Assembly (NCBI GenBank): GCA_963851265.1
Contig: CAWKNZ010000002.1
Coordinates: forward strand, 1,766,486-1,830,485
DNA length: 64,000 nucleotides
From: an uncultured Gemmatimonadales bacterium
Lineage (GTDB): Bacteria > Gemmatimonadota > Gemmatimonadetes > Gemmatimonadales > Gemmatimonadaceae
Direction of reading: 5' to 3'
Shown here: positions 18,006-26,998 of the stretch, piece by piece
How positions within the stretch are numbered: position 1 is the stretch's first letter
How the letters are laid out: each line of letters begins with the position of its first letter
Translations under genes and position numbers: made by a program
Notes under the pieces: model-generated
What the model was told of the DNA's origin: nothing
Databases searched by the model: none
What the model saw: the letters and a program-made list of their open reading frames with translations, nothing else

Positions 18006-19982
18006 GTGACGACCGCGGACCAGACGCGCGTCCGCGTTCCCGCGACGACGACGCTCCGCCGCCTCGTGCCGTACCTGCGACCCTACGCCGGACGCCTGAC
18101 CTGGGGCATCGTGCTCGTGGTCGTGGGAGCCGGGTTCGGCGCGGTGGTGCCGTGGATCGTGCGGGCGGCACTCGACGGCCTCGCGGCGGGCGCGCCGCCG
18201 AGTCGCACGTGGACGCTCGTCGCCGCGATGCTCGCGGCCGCGATCGTCGGCGGCGCGATCCGCTTCGGCATGCGCGAGATCCTCAACGGCGTGAGCCGCC
18301 TGGTCGAGACCGACCTGCGCGACGCGGTGTTCTCGCACCTGCTGACGCTGGACGCGGGCACGGTCGCGCGCTGGCGCACGGGCGAACTCATGGCCCGCCT
18401 CACGAACGACCTCAGCGCGGTGCGCATGGCCGCCGGCCCGGCCATCATGTACCTGGTCAACACGGTCGCGGGCGCGGCGTTCTCGCTGTACTTCATGCTG
18501 CGCATCGACGCCCGGCTCACGGGGCTCGCCCTCCTGCCGATGGTCGGGCTGCCGTTCGTGATGATCCGGCTCGGCCGGCTCGTCCACGACCGGTTCGAGG
18601 CGGTGCAGGAGCACTTCGGCGCGCTCACGACGCGCGTGCAGGAGAACCTCGCCGGCACGCGCGTCGTGCGCGCGTACCGGCAGGAGCGCGCCGAGGGCGA
18701 GCGGTTCGAGCGCGACAACGCGGAGTACGCGCGGCGCAACATCGCGCTCGCCCGACTGAACGGGGTGATGAACCCCGCCTTCGGCCTGCTCGCCGGCGCC
18801 GGTGCCGCCGTCGTGCTCGGCGTCGGCGGCACGCTGGCGCTGCGCGGCACGATCACGGTGGGCGCGTTCGTCGCGTTCGGCCTGTATCTCGCGATGCTCA
18901 CGTGGCCGCTCATCGCGCTCGGCTGGACGACGAACCTGTTCCAGCGCGGTGCGGCCAGCATGGCGCGCATCAACGAGGTGCTCGACGCCGCGCCGACGCT
19001 CGACCAGCCGGCCCGCCCGCGCGCGCTGCCCCCCGCCGCGACCGGGCGCGGGCTCGAGTTCCGCAACGTCTCGTTCCACTACCCGCGCGCGGCCGGCGCG
19101 GACGCGGACGGCACGCCCACGCGCTGGATCCTGCGCGACGTGTCGTTCACCGTGCCCGCGGGGGCGACGTTCGGGATCGTCGGGCCGGTGGGGTCGGGCA
19201 AGAGCACGCTGCTCGACCTCGTACCGCGCCTCTACGACCCGCAGCGCGGCGAGGTGCTGCTCGACGGCGTGCCGATCCGCGAGCTCACGCTCGACGCGCT
19301 CCGGCGCGAGATCGGCGTCGTGCCGCAGGAGAGCCTGCTCTTCTCCGAGACGATCCGGGCCAACATCCGCTACGGCACGGACGACAGCACCGACCGCACC
19401 ACCGCGGCGCCCGCCGGCGCGCGCGACCTCACGCCTAACGAGGGCGGGGTCGCGCCGCGGCTCGAGGAGGCCGCCTCCGGCGCGACCGAGCCCACGGCGC
19501 ACGACCTCGTCGTCTGGGCCGCGGACATCGCCGACCTCACCGGCACGGTCACCGACTTCCCCGGCGGCTTCGACACGCTGCTCGGCGAGCGCGGTGTCAA
19601 CCTCTCGGGCGGGCAGAAGCAGCGCGCCGCGATCGCGCGCGCGCTCGCCCGACGACCAGCCGTGGTGCTGCTCGACGACGCGCTCTCAGCCGTCGACACG
19701 CAGACCGAGGCCGCCATCCTGCGCGGGCTGCGCACCGCGCTCGCGGGGCGGACCACCCTCATCACCACGCACCGCGTGAGCGCCGTCCGCGACGCGGCGT
19801 GGATCCTCGTGCTCGACGAGGGCCGCGTGGTCGAGCAGGGCACGCACGACGTGCTGCTCGCGCGCGGCGGCCGTTATGCCGCGCTCGCGCGCCGTCAGCA
19901 GCTCGAGGCGGAGGTCGAGGACGCCGACGGGAGCGGCGACGACGGCGCACGCGCCGTGGCCGGCGCGGGCGCGACGGCGTAG
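18006..19982 (+). CDS. ABC exporter, fused permease and ATPase (MdlA/YheI-like half transporter)
   Basis: Six-TM domain, Walker A GPVGSGKST, signature LSGGQ, Walker B LLDD. Confidence 0.92.
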   Translation: MTTADQTRVRVPATTTLRRLVPYLRPYAGRLTWGIVLVVVGAGFGAVVPWIVRAALDGLAAGAPPSRTWTLVAAMLAAAIVGGAIRFGMREILNGVSRLVETDLRDAVFSHLLTLDAGTVARWRTGELMARLTNDLSAVRMAAGPAIMYLVNTVAGAAFSLYFMLRIDARLTGLALLPMVGLPFVMIRLGRLVHDRFEAVQEHFGALTTRVQENLAGTRVVRAYRQERAEGERFERDNAEYARRNIALARLNGVMNPAFGLLAGAGAAVVLGVGGTLALRGTITVGAFVAFGLYLAMLTWPLIALGWTTNLFQRGAASMARINEVLDAAPTLDQPARPRALPPAATGRGLEFRNVSFHYPRAAGADADGTPTRWILRDVSFTVPAGATFGIVGPVGSGKSTLLDLVPRLYDPQRGEVLLDGVPIRELTLDALRREIGVVPQESLLFSETIRANIRYGTDDSTDRTTAAPAGARDLTPNEGGVAPRLEEAASGATEPTAHDLVVWAADIADLTGTVTDFPGGFDTLLGERGVNLSGGQKQRAAIARALARRPAVVLLDDALSAVDTQTEAAILRGLRTALAGRTTLITTHRVSAVRDAAWILVLDEGRVVEQGTHDVLLARGGRYAALARRQQLEAEVEDADGSGDDGARAVAGAGATA

Positions 19983-19991
19983 GTTAGCCGC

Positions 19992-20927
19992 ATGCCGCGG
20001 TCCATCACCCCCACGCCCCCCACGCCGCTGGCTGCGCCCGCGGGCCGCGCGCCGGGTCCCGCCACGGGTCCCGGCACGGGTCCCGACCTGCTCGAAGCCC
20101 GGCTGGGCGCGCTCGAGGCCCAGACGGGCGAGGCCACGCGTCTCATCGCCGAGCTGCAGGCGCGCGACCGGTTGAAGACGCAATTCCTCGCCAACATCTC
20201 GCACGACCTGCGCACGCCACTCACCGCGATCATCACGCACGCCGAGATCCTCGGCGACGGCATGCTCGGCGAGCTCACCGACCGGCAGCAGGCGAGCGTC
20301 GGCGGGATCATCAAGGGCGGCCGTCAGCTGCTCGCGATGGTCGGCGACATCCTCACGTACGCGCGCGGCGCGGCGGACCAGCTCGCGCTCGCGCCGACGA
20401 CGTTCGCGCTCGAACCCGTGGTGGAGCAGATGCTCGCGCTCAACGCCCCCGTCGCCGATCGCCGCCGGGTGACGGCCGCGGCCGAACTCGAGCCCGACCT
20501 GCCGCCGATCACGGCCGACCGCGAGAAGCTCTCACACGTGCTCAACAACCTGTTCGGCAACGCGGTGCACTTCACCGGGCTGGCGGGCGGCGGGCGCGTG
20601 TGGGTGCGCGCGGTGGTGGAGGGCGAGGCGGACGAGCGCGAACTGCACGTCGAGGTCGGCGACACCGGGATCGGCATCGCGCCCGAACACCACGAGTTGG
20701 TCTTCCGCGAGTTCGCGCAGGTCGACGCGTCCACCTCGCGCCGGCACCACGGCACCGGGCTCGGGCTCGCGATCGCGCGCAACCTCGTCGAGCTGCACGG
20801 CGGCCGGATCTGGGTGGAGAGCGCGCTCGGCCAGGGCGCGCGCTTCCACTTCACGATCCCGCAGCCGCTCCCCGCGGCCACGGCGGTCCACCCGGTCGTG
20901 TCGCGTCCCGAACCCAGCGCGCCGTGA
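19992..20927 (+). CDS. Cytoplasmic sensor histidine kinase
   Basis: H-box FLANISHDLRTPL, N-box NLFGNAVHF, DTGIGI, GTGLGLAI. Confidence 0.92.
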   Translation: MPRSITPTPPTPLAAPAGRAPGPATGPGTGPDLLEARLGALEAQTGEATRLIAELQARDRLKTQFLANISHDLRTPLTAIITHAEILGDGMLGELTDRQQASVGGIIKGGRQLLAMVGDILTYARGAADQLALAPTTFALEPVVEQMLALNAPVADRRRVTAAAELEPDLPPITADREKLSHVLNNLFGNAVHFTGLAGGGRVWVRAVVEGEADERELHVEVGDTGIGIAPEHHELVFREFAQVDASTSRRHHGTGLGLAIARNLVELHGGRIWVESALGQGARFHFTIPQPLPAATAVHPVVSRPEPSAP

Positions 20928-21301
20928 CCGCACGCCGCCCCGCGGTGCTCATCGTCGACGACAGTCCGCTCGTCACCGACGCGTTAGGCGTGCTCCTCGA
21001 AGCGAGTGGCTACGCGACCGGGACCGCGACCACCGTGGCCGACGCGATCACCGCGCTCCGCAACGAGCGCTACGACGCGATGCTCCTCGACCTCACGCTC
21101 CCCGACGGCGACGGACTCGAGGTGCTGGGGAGCGCGGAGGACGCCGACGTCACGCCCCCGCCGACGCTCGCCCTCACCGGCCACGACGACCCCGCCACGG
21201 CCGCGCGCTGCCGCGAAGCAGGGTGCGTCGCGGTGCTCGTCAAGCCGGTCCGGCGCATCGCCCTGCTCGGCGCACTGCAGGCGGCCGGCGTCGCGCCCTG
21301 A
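20924..21301 (+). CDS. Single-domain response regulator
   Basis: LIVDD, LLDLTLPDGDG, LTG, KP motifs; GTGA overlap with the kinase. Confidence 0.9.
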   Translation: MTARRPAVLIVDDSPLVTDALGVLLEASGYATGTATTVADAITALRNERYDAMLLDLTLPDGDGLEVLGSAEDADVTPPPTLALTGHDDPATAARCREAGCVAVLVKPVRRIALLGALQAAGVAP

Positions 21302-21316
21302 CCCGACCGGCGCGCC

Positions 21317-22045
21317 CTACAAGCGCGCCCGCACGGCGTCCGGCGTCCACGCCTGAAGCGACGCGCCGAGGCGCGACACGGTACCGGTCAGCATCAGCAC
21401 GCCGACCAGCACCAGCAGCGCCCCCGAGAGTCGCGTGACCAGGCCGAGCCGCGCGCGCAGACGCCCGAACACGGCGAGGAAGCGCTCCAGGGCCACGGCC
21501 GCGAGTACGAACGGAATCGCGAGCCCGAGCGAGTAGGCGAGCAGGAGCAGCACGCCGCGCCCGAGGTCCGGCGACGCGAGGTTGTACGTGAGCACCGCGC
21601 CGAGCACCGGCCCGATACACGGGGTCCATCCCGCGCCGAACGCGACGCCGACGAGCAGCGTGCCGAAGTAGCCGGCGGGCTTGTCGGCGAGGTGCACGCG
21701 GCGTTCCCGCAGCAGCGCCCCCGGCGTGAACGCGCCGAGCAGGAACAGGCCGAGCAGCACAACGAGCGCGCCGCCGGCGCGCGCGATCACGTCGCGGTAG
21801 GCGGCGAGCAGCCGGCCTAACGTGGTCGCGCCCGCGCCGAGCGCGACGAAGATGAGCGAGAAGCCGGCGACGAAGAGCAGCGCGTGCACGAGCGCCGCGC
21901 GCCGCGAACGTCCCAGGTCGTCGAGCGTGAGTCCCGTGATGAACGTGACGTAGCTCGGTACGAGCGGCAGCACGCACGGCGACAAGAAGCTGAGCAGCCC
22001 GGCGCCGAACGCGACGGCGAGGCCCACCGGAGGGATCGAGACCAC
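21317..22045 (-). CDS. ccdA: Cytochrome c biogenesis / thiol-disulfide transporter CcdA
   Basis: SFLSPCVLPLVP and GWTPCIGPVL motifs, six TM helices. Confidence 0.92.
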   Translation of the reverse strand: MVSIPPVGLAVAFGAGLLSFLSPCVLPLVPSYVTFITGLTLDDLGRSRRAALVHALLFVAGFSLIFVALGAGATTLGRLLAAYRDVIARAGGALVVLLGLFLLGAFTPGALLRERRVHLADKPAGYFGTLLVGVAFGAGWTPCIGPVLGAVLTYNLASPDLGRGVLLLLAYSLGLAIPFVLAAVALERFLAVFGRLRARLGLVTRLSGALLVLVGVLMLTGTVSRLGASLQAWTPDAVRARL

Positions 22046-22050
22046 GCGCG

Positions 22051-22494
22051 TTACGCCGCCCCGAGGGCGCGCAGCGCGTCGGCGTCGAGCCGCACCGCGC
22101 CGTCCGCGTCGTTCGCACGCCGACCGACGCCCCGCACCACCGCGCCCACCGTCAGCAGCGGCGCGTCGGCCTCCTCGCGCACCGCGACCTCCCACCGGCC
22201 GCGCTCGGCGCCCTTGAGCGTGTGACGGTAGTGGGCGACGTACACGGTGTGCCGCGCCGCGCGGTCGGGCGCGTCGTCCGTGCTCGCGGCCAGTACGGCG
22301 ACCCCGCTCTCGATGCCCCCGCGGCGGATGGGCGGGAAGAGGTGTGCCTCGACGACGCGGTCGGCCGGCACGCGCGCGAGGACGTCGCGCAAGAAGCGGT
22401 CGCGCACGTCGGCCGCGGTGCGCGCGCCGAGCGGGTCCTGTGTGGCGGGGCGCGGCGGGGCCGGCGGCGCGGTCGGCGTTCCTGCGGTGATCAT
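22051..22494 (-). CDS. Hypothetical protein
   Basis: Globular-looking 147-aa ORF (VEAHLFPPIRRGGIESGVAVLA) ending 5 nt before ccdA. Confidence 0.65.
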   Translation of the reverse strand: MITAGTPTAPPAPPRPATQDPLGARTAADVRDRFLRDVLARVPADRVVEAHLFPPIRRGGIESGVAVLAASTDDAPDRAARHTVYVAHYRHTLKGAERGRWEVAVREEADAPLLTVGAVVRGVGRRANDADGAVRLDADALRALGAA

Positions 22495-22536
22495 CCCGAA
22501 AGCTGGCCGGCCCGGCCGCACGCTACAACCGGGCGC

Positions 22537-23529
22537 CTACACCGCGGCCGCCCGGGGGCGCCCCGCGCGCCGGCGCAGCGCGCCCGGCGACGACCCGACC
22601 CGACGGCGGAACGCGTGGCTGAACGCCGCCTCGGACCTGTAGCCGAGCCTCGCCGCGACCTCACCGACGGTCGCCCCTTCGTCGGCCAGCCACCCCTCGG
22701 CGCGCCGCATTCGCCAGTCCGCGAGGTACCCCAACGGCGGGCGGCCCACGAGATCCGTGAATCGTGCGGCGAACCGCGACCGCGACATGGCCACCTCGCC
22801 CGCGAGCCCCGCGACCGTCCAGCCGCGCTCCGGGTGCGCGTGCAGCAACGCGAGCGCGCGGGCCACCGCCGGGTCGCGCAGCGCGCCTACCCACCCGCCC
22901 ACGCCGGCGGGCGCGTCGGCCAGGTATGCGCGGATCGCGTGCACGAAGAGCACGTCACTGAGGCGTGCGAGCACCACGTCGGCCCCGGGGCGCCCCGACG
23001 CGGCCTCGCACGCCACGGCGGCGATGTGCACCGGCAGCCACGGGCCCAACGGTCCGCCGGCCACCCGGTCGGCCGACGTACCGGCGCCCCCACGCACGAC
23101 GAGCACCGGCGGCAACGCGGCCACCACCGGGTGCGGGCGGCGGCCGGCATACCGGAAGTTCCCACACACGTATGTGGTCGTCTGCGCCTCGCCCGCGTTG
23201 CCGACCCGTGCAACGCTCGACCCGTCGACGCCCGCGACCACGTCGGCAATCGCGACGGGCATCGCACGGCCGACGCGGAGCACGTGTGCCGCGCCGTTCG
23301 GGACGACCGCGAAATCACCCGCGACGAGGGTATGCGTGAGCGCGGCGTCGACGTCGTTCTCGGACGGCGCGACGTGCAGCTCGCACGAACCTGCCGTGAC
23401 GAGGTGGAACGCGGCCCCCGACGTCGCGGGGTAGCGAACGCCCCAGGCGCCACGCGCCTCGAAGCGGCCGAACACGCTCCCCTCGACCCGCAGGTCGTGG
23501 AGCACCGAGGACAGAACGTCAGCGGGCAT
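22537..23529 (-). CDS. AraC-family transcriptional regulator with cupin domain
   Basis: DVLSSVL, FHLVTAGSC cupin; C-terminal WTVAGLA...MSRSRFAARF...GYRSEAAFSHAFRR. Confidence 0.92.
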   Translation of the reverse strand: MPADVLSSVLHDLRVEGSVFGRFEARGAWGVRYPATSGAAFHLVTAGSCELHVAPSENDVDAALTHTLVAGDFAVVPNGAAHVLRVGRAMPVAIADVVAGVDGSSVARVGNAGEAQTTTYVCGNFRYAGRRPHPVVAALPPVLVVRGGAGTSADRVAGGPLGPWLPVHIAAVACEAASGRPGADVVLARLSDVLFVHAIRAYLADAPAGVGGWVGALRDPAVARALALLHAHPERGWTVAGLAGEVAMSRSRFAARFTDLVGRPPLGYLADWRMRRAEGWLADEGATVGEVAARLGYRSEAAFSHAFRRRVGSSPGALRRRAGRPRAAAV

Positions 23530-23538
23530 TGCAGGCAG

Positions 23539-23600
23539 GACGATCGCGCATGAAATGGCGACGATCTGGCGCAGACCGTCCCAATCGCAGAACGTAACTT
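23539..23600 (+). promoter_or_regulatory. Putative AraC tandem operator and -10 element for the NmrA-like gene
   Basis: GACGATC repeated at 23539 and 23560 (21-bp period); TAACTT at 23595-23600. Confidence 0.5.
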
Positions 23601-23656
23601 CGTCGACGTTCCGGCGCGCCCGCGCGCCTCCACCACATCGGCTACCGGTCTCGCCC

Positions 23657-24571
23657 ATGTCTACGATCCTCGTTACGACGCCCACCGGCCACATCGGCTC
23701 CCGTGTCGTCAGCCAACTGCTCGACGCCGGTGCGTCGGTGCGCGTGTTCGTCCGCGACCCGGCCCGCCTGCCGGTCGACATGCGCGGGCGCGTCGACGCG
23801 CGCACCGGCACACTCGAAGACACCGCCGCGCTGACCGACGCGCTCCGCGGAGTCGACGTCGCGTTCCTGCTGGTACCGCCCAACATGACCGCGGACGACT
23901 GGCCCGCCTTCTACCGCCAGATCGGGCACAACATGGCCGACGCGTCGCGAGCCGCGGGCCTGCGCCGCGCGGTCCTCCTCTCATCGCTCGGCGCGCACCG
24001 CCCGGACCTCGGGCCCGTGACCGCGCTCGGCCAGGTCGAGGAGATCCTCAAGCCCGTGATCCCCGACCTCGCAATCCTGCGCCCGGGGTACTTCTTCGAG
24101 AACACGTTCGCCGCGCTCGGCACGGTCCCGCAGACCGGGAGCATCTTCGGCGCGCAGCCCGGCGACCTCGCGTTCCCGCAGGTGGCGACGCAGGACATCG
24201 GCGACGTCGCCGCGCGCTGGCTCCTCGACGCGTCCTGGAGCGGGCACCCGGTCATCGGGATCCACGGCCCGCGCGACCTCTCGCTCGAGGAGCAGGCGCG
24301 GTTGATCGGCGAGGCCGTCGGCCGCGAGGTGCGCTACGTCGAGGTACCGCCCGACACGATCGCCGAGGCGATGCGCGGGATGGGCATGAGCCCGAGCGTC
24401 GTCGCGAGCTACCGCGAGATGATCACCGGGTACGCCGCGAGTCGCTACGAGCGCCCCGAGGCCCGCACCCCCGAGACGACGACCCCCACCGAGTTCGCCG
24501 ACTGGGCGCGCGCGGCGCTCCGCCCGGCCTTCGAGGCGGCGGCGGCCCGGGGTGGGTCCGCGAACGCCTGA
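23657..24571 (+). CDS. NmrA-like NAD(P)-binding protein (atypical SDR)
   Basis: ILVTTPTGHIG Rossmann-like start, LRPGYFFEN, VATQDIGDVAA; divergent from the AraC gene. Confidence 0.88.
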   Translation: MSTILVTTPTGHIGSRVVSQLLDAGASVRVFVRDPARLPVDMRGRVDARTGTLEDTAALTDALRGVDVAFLLVPPNMTADDWPAFYRQIGHNMADASRAAGLRRAVLLSSLGAHRPDLGPVTALGQVEEILKPVIPDLAILRPGYFFENTFAALGTVPQTGSIFGAQPGDLAFPQVATQDIGDVAARWLLDASWSGHPVIGIHGPRDLSLEEQARLIGEAVGREVRYVEVPPDTIAEAMRGMGMSPSVVASYREMITGYAASRYERPEARTPETTTPTEFADWARAALRPAFEAAAARGGSANA

Positions 24572-24583
24572 CGAGCCGCGCCC

Positions 24584-26941
24584 TCACATCAGCGCGACGG
24601 GATCGCGGTCGATCGCCACCCGCAGCCCGTCGCGCTTCGGCACCTCGAAGCGCGCGGCGAAGTAGCGCAGCGCGCGCGTCATCGCGCCCGCGTCTCCGGT
24701 GCGCACGAGGAAGTGCCAGCGCCAGCGCGTCTTGATCCGCTCGACGGGGCACGGCGCGGGCCCCACGACGACCACCCGCCCGGCCGCGTCGGCGTCCGGC
24801 GCGAGCCGCGCCGCGAGCGCGCGCAGCCAGTCCGCCGCGCGGTCCGCACACTCCGCGACCGGCTTCTCGGACGTGCCGCTCACGACCACGTTCGCCAGTC
24901 GCACCGTCGGCGGGTACGGCGGATCGCGCCGCCCGCCGAGCTCCTCGCGGACGAAGCTCGCGTAGTCGTGCGCGAGCGCGTAGCGAACCGCGTGGTGGTC
25001 GGGCACGCGCGTCTGGATGAGCACCTCGCCGCCTTTCGGCCCGCGACCCGCGCGCCCGGCCACCTGGCTCAGCAGCTGGAAGCAGCGCTCGGACGCGCGG
25101 AAGTCCGGCAGGTTGATCCCCGTGTCGGCATCGATCACGCCGACGAGCGTGACGTTCGGGAAGTCGAGCCCCTTGGCGATCATCTGAGTGCCTAACAACA
25201 CGTCGACCTCGCCCCGCCCCACCCGGTCGAGGATTTCGGCGTGCGCCCACTTCGCGCTGGTCGTGTCGACGTCCATGCGCGCCACGCGCGCCGCCGGCCA
25301 GCGCTCGGCCAGCAGCCGCTCCACCTGCTGCGTGCCGAGCCCGCGCTGACGTAGCGTGGCCCCGCCACAGCGCGCGCACCGCTCGCGCGGCGGCTCGTGG
25401 TGCTGGCAGTAGTGGCAGACCAGGCGCTCGGGCGCGCGGTGGTAGGTGAGCGAGATGCTGCAGTCCGGGCACGTCGCCACGTCCCCGCACTCCTTGCACT
25501 GCACGAACGCCGAATAGCCGCGACGGTTGAGCAGCAGGATGCTCTGCTCGCCGCGCTCCAACCGCGCGTCGAGCGCCTTCACGAGCGGCGCCGAGATGAC
25601 GCCGGCGAGCGGATCCGCGGGGGCGAGCGCGCGCCCGGCCGCCTGCGCCCGCGCTTCCGCCCGCAGGTCGACCACCGCGATTCGCGGCAGGCTCGCGCCG
25701 CCCGCGCGCTCGGGCAGAGTGACCAGCCGGTACTTGCCGCGTCGCGCGTTCTCCCAGCTCTCGAGGCTCGGCGTGGCCGTGCCGAGCACGACGACGGCGC
25801 CGGCCATCCGCGCCCGCACCACGGCCACCTCGCGCGCGTGATAGCGCGGGCTCTCGCCCTGCTTGTAGCTCGCCTCGTGCTCCTCGTCGACGACGATCGC
25901 GCCGAGGTCGTCGAGCGGCGCGAAGATCGCCGACCGCGCGCCGACGGCGATGCGCTTCTCGCCGCGGCGGAGCGCGCGCCACGCGTCGTACCGCTCGCCG
26001 TCGGACAGCGCCGAGTGGAGCACCGCCACGGTGTCGCCGAACGCGGCGCGGAAGCGGTCGACCGTCTGGGGCGTGAGCGCGATCTCCGGCACGAGCACGA
26101 TCGCGGTCTTGCCGCGTTCGCGGACCACGTGCTCCAGCAGCTCGATGTAGACGAGCGTCTTGCCGCTGCCCGTCACGCCGTGCAGGAGGAACGTTTCGCC
26201 CGGCGCGCCCGCGGCCATCGCCGCGACCGCGTCGGCCTGCGCGCGCGTCGGCGTGTGCTGCGCGCGCGCGGCGGCCGTGCGCGTCGCGAACGGGTCGCGC
26301 GCGACCTCCTCGTCCGCCAGCGCGGCGAACCCGCGCGCGACGAGGCCCTTGAGCACCGACGGTGAGAACTTGAGGTGCTCGAGCAGGTGCGATACCGCGG
26401 CACGGCCGCCGACGCCCTCGAGCAACTCGTAGAGCGCTCGCTGCTGGGGCGCACGCGCGAACACGCGGTCGCGGTGCAGCAGCGAGTCGACCCGGCGGGC
26501 GAGCGTCACCACACGCTGCGTGCGCGCTGCCGGCGACGGCTGCGCGGCACCGGTCAGCAGTACGGGAAGCGCGGACCGCAGTGCGACCCCCAGCGGAACG
26601 GCGTAGTAGCCCGACACCCAGCGGCACAGCTCGAGCAGTTCGGGCGTGATCGCCGGCTCGGCGTCCGGCACGTCGAGGAGCGGCTTGGGCGTCACGAGCT
26701 TTCCGCCGCGCCCGACGAGCGTGGCCGGATCGCCCGGGCCGAGGTAGATGCCGACCTCCTTGCCCGTGCGCAGCGGCACGACCACCCGCTGACCGGGCGC
26801 GAGCGCGTGCCGGATCTCGGCCGGTACGGCGTACGTCCACGTGCGGAACAGGGGGAGCGGCAGCGCGACCTCGGCCAGCCCGTGCGTGGCGAGCGCGGGG
26901 GAGCGGGTCGGCGCGCCGCGACGGGCGGTAGGCGGCGTCAT
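24584..26941 (-). CDS. priA: Primosomal protein N'
   Basis: GVTGSGKT, LVPEIALTPQ, DEEH, four CxxC pairs, GTQMIAKGLDFP, QVAGRAGR. Confidence 0.97.
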   Translation of the reverse strand: MTPPTARRGAPTRSPALATHGLAEVALPLPLFRTWTYAVPAEIRHALAPGQRVVVPLRTGKEVGIYLGPGDPATLVGRGGKLVTPKPLLDVPDAEPAITPELLELCRWVSGYYAVPLGVALRSALPVLLTGAAQPSPAARTQRVVTLARRVDSLLHRDRVFARAPQQRALYELLEGVGGRAAVSHLLEHLKFSPSVLKGLVARGFAALADEEVARDPFATRTAAARAQHTPTRAQADAVAAMAAGAPGETFLLHGVTGSGKTLVYIELLEHVVRERGKTAIVLVPEIALTPQTVDRFRAAFGDTVAVLHSALSDGERYDAWRALRRGEKRIAVGARSAIFAPLDDLGAIVVDEEHEASYKQGESPRYHAREVAVVRARMAGAVVVLGTATPSLESWENARRGKYRLVTLPERAGGASLPRIAVVDLRAEARAQAAGRALAPADPLAGVISAPLVKALDARLERGEQSILLLNRRGYSAFVQCKECGDVATCPDCSISLTYHRAPERLVCHYCQHHEPPRERCARCGGATLRQRGLGTQQVERLLAERWPAARVARMDVDTTSAKWAHAEILDRVGRGEVDVLLGTQMIAKGLDFPNVTLVGVIDADTGINLPDFRASERCFQLLSQVAGRAGRGPKGGEVLIQTRVPDHHAVRYALAHDYASFVREELGGRRDPPYPPTVRLANVVVSGTSEKPVAECADRAADWLRALAARLAPDADAAGRVVVVGPAPCPVERIKTRWRWHFLVRTGDAGAMTRALRYFAARFEVPKRDGLRVAIDRDPVALM

Positions 26942-26998
26942 GCAGGCGGAATCGGCGACCCCGAACGTTACACCGTTCCGACGCCGGCGGCGCCGCGG

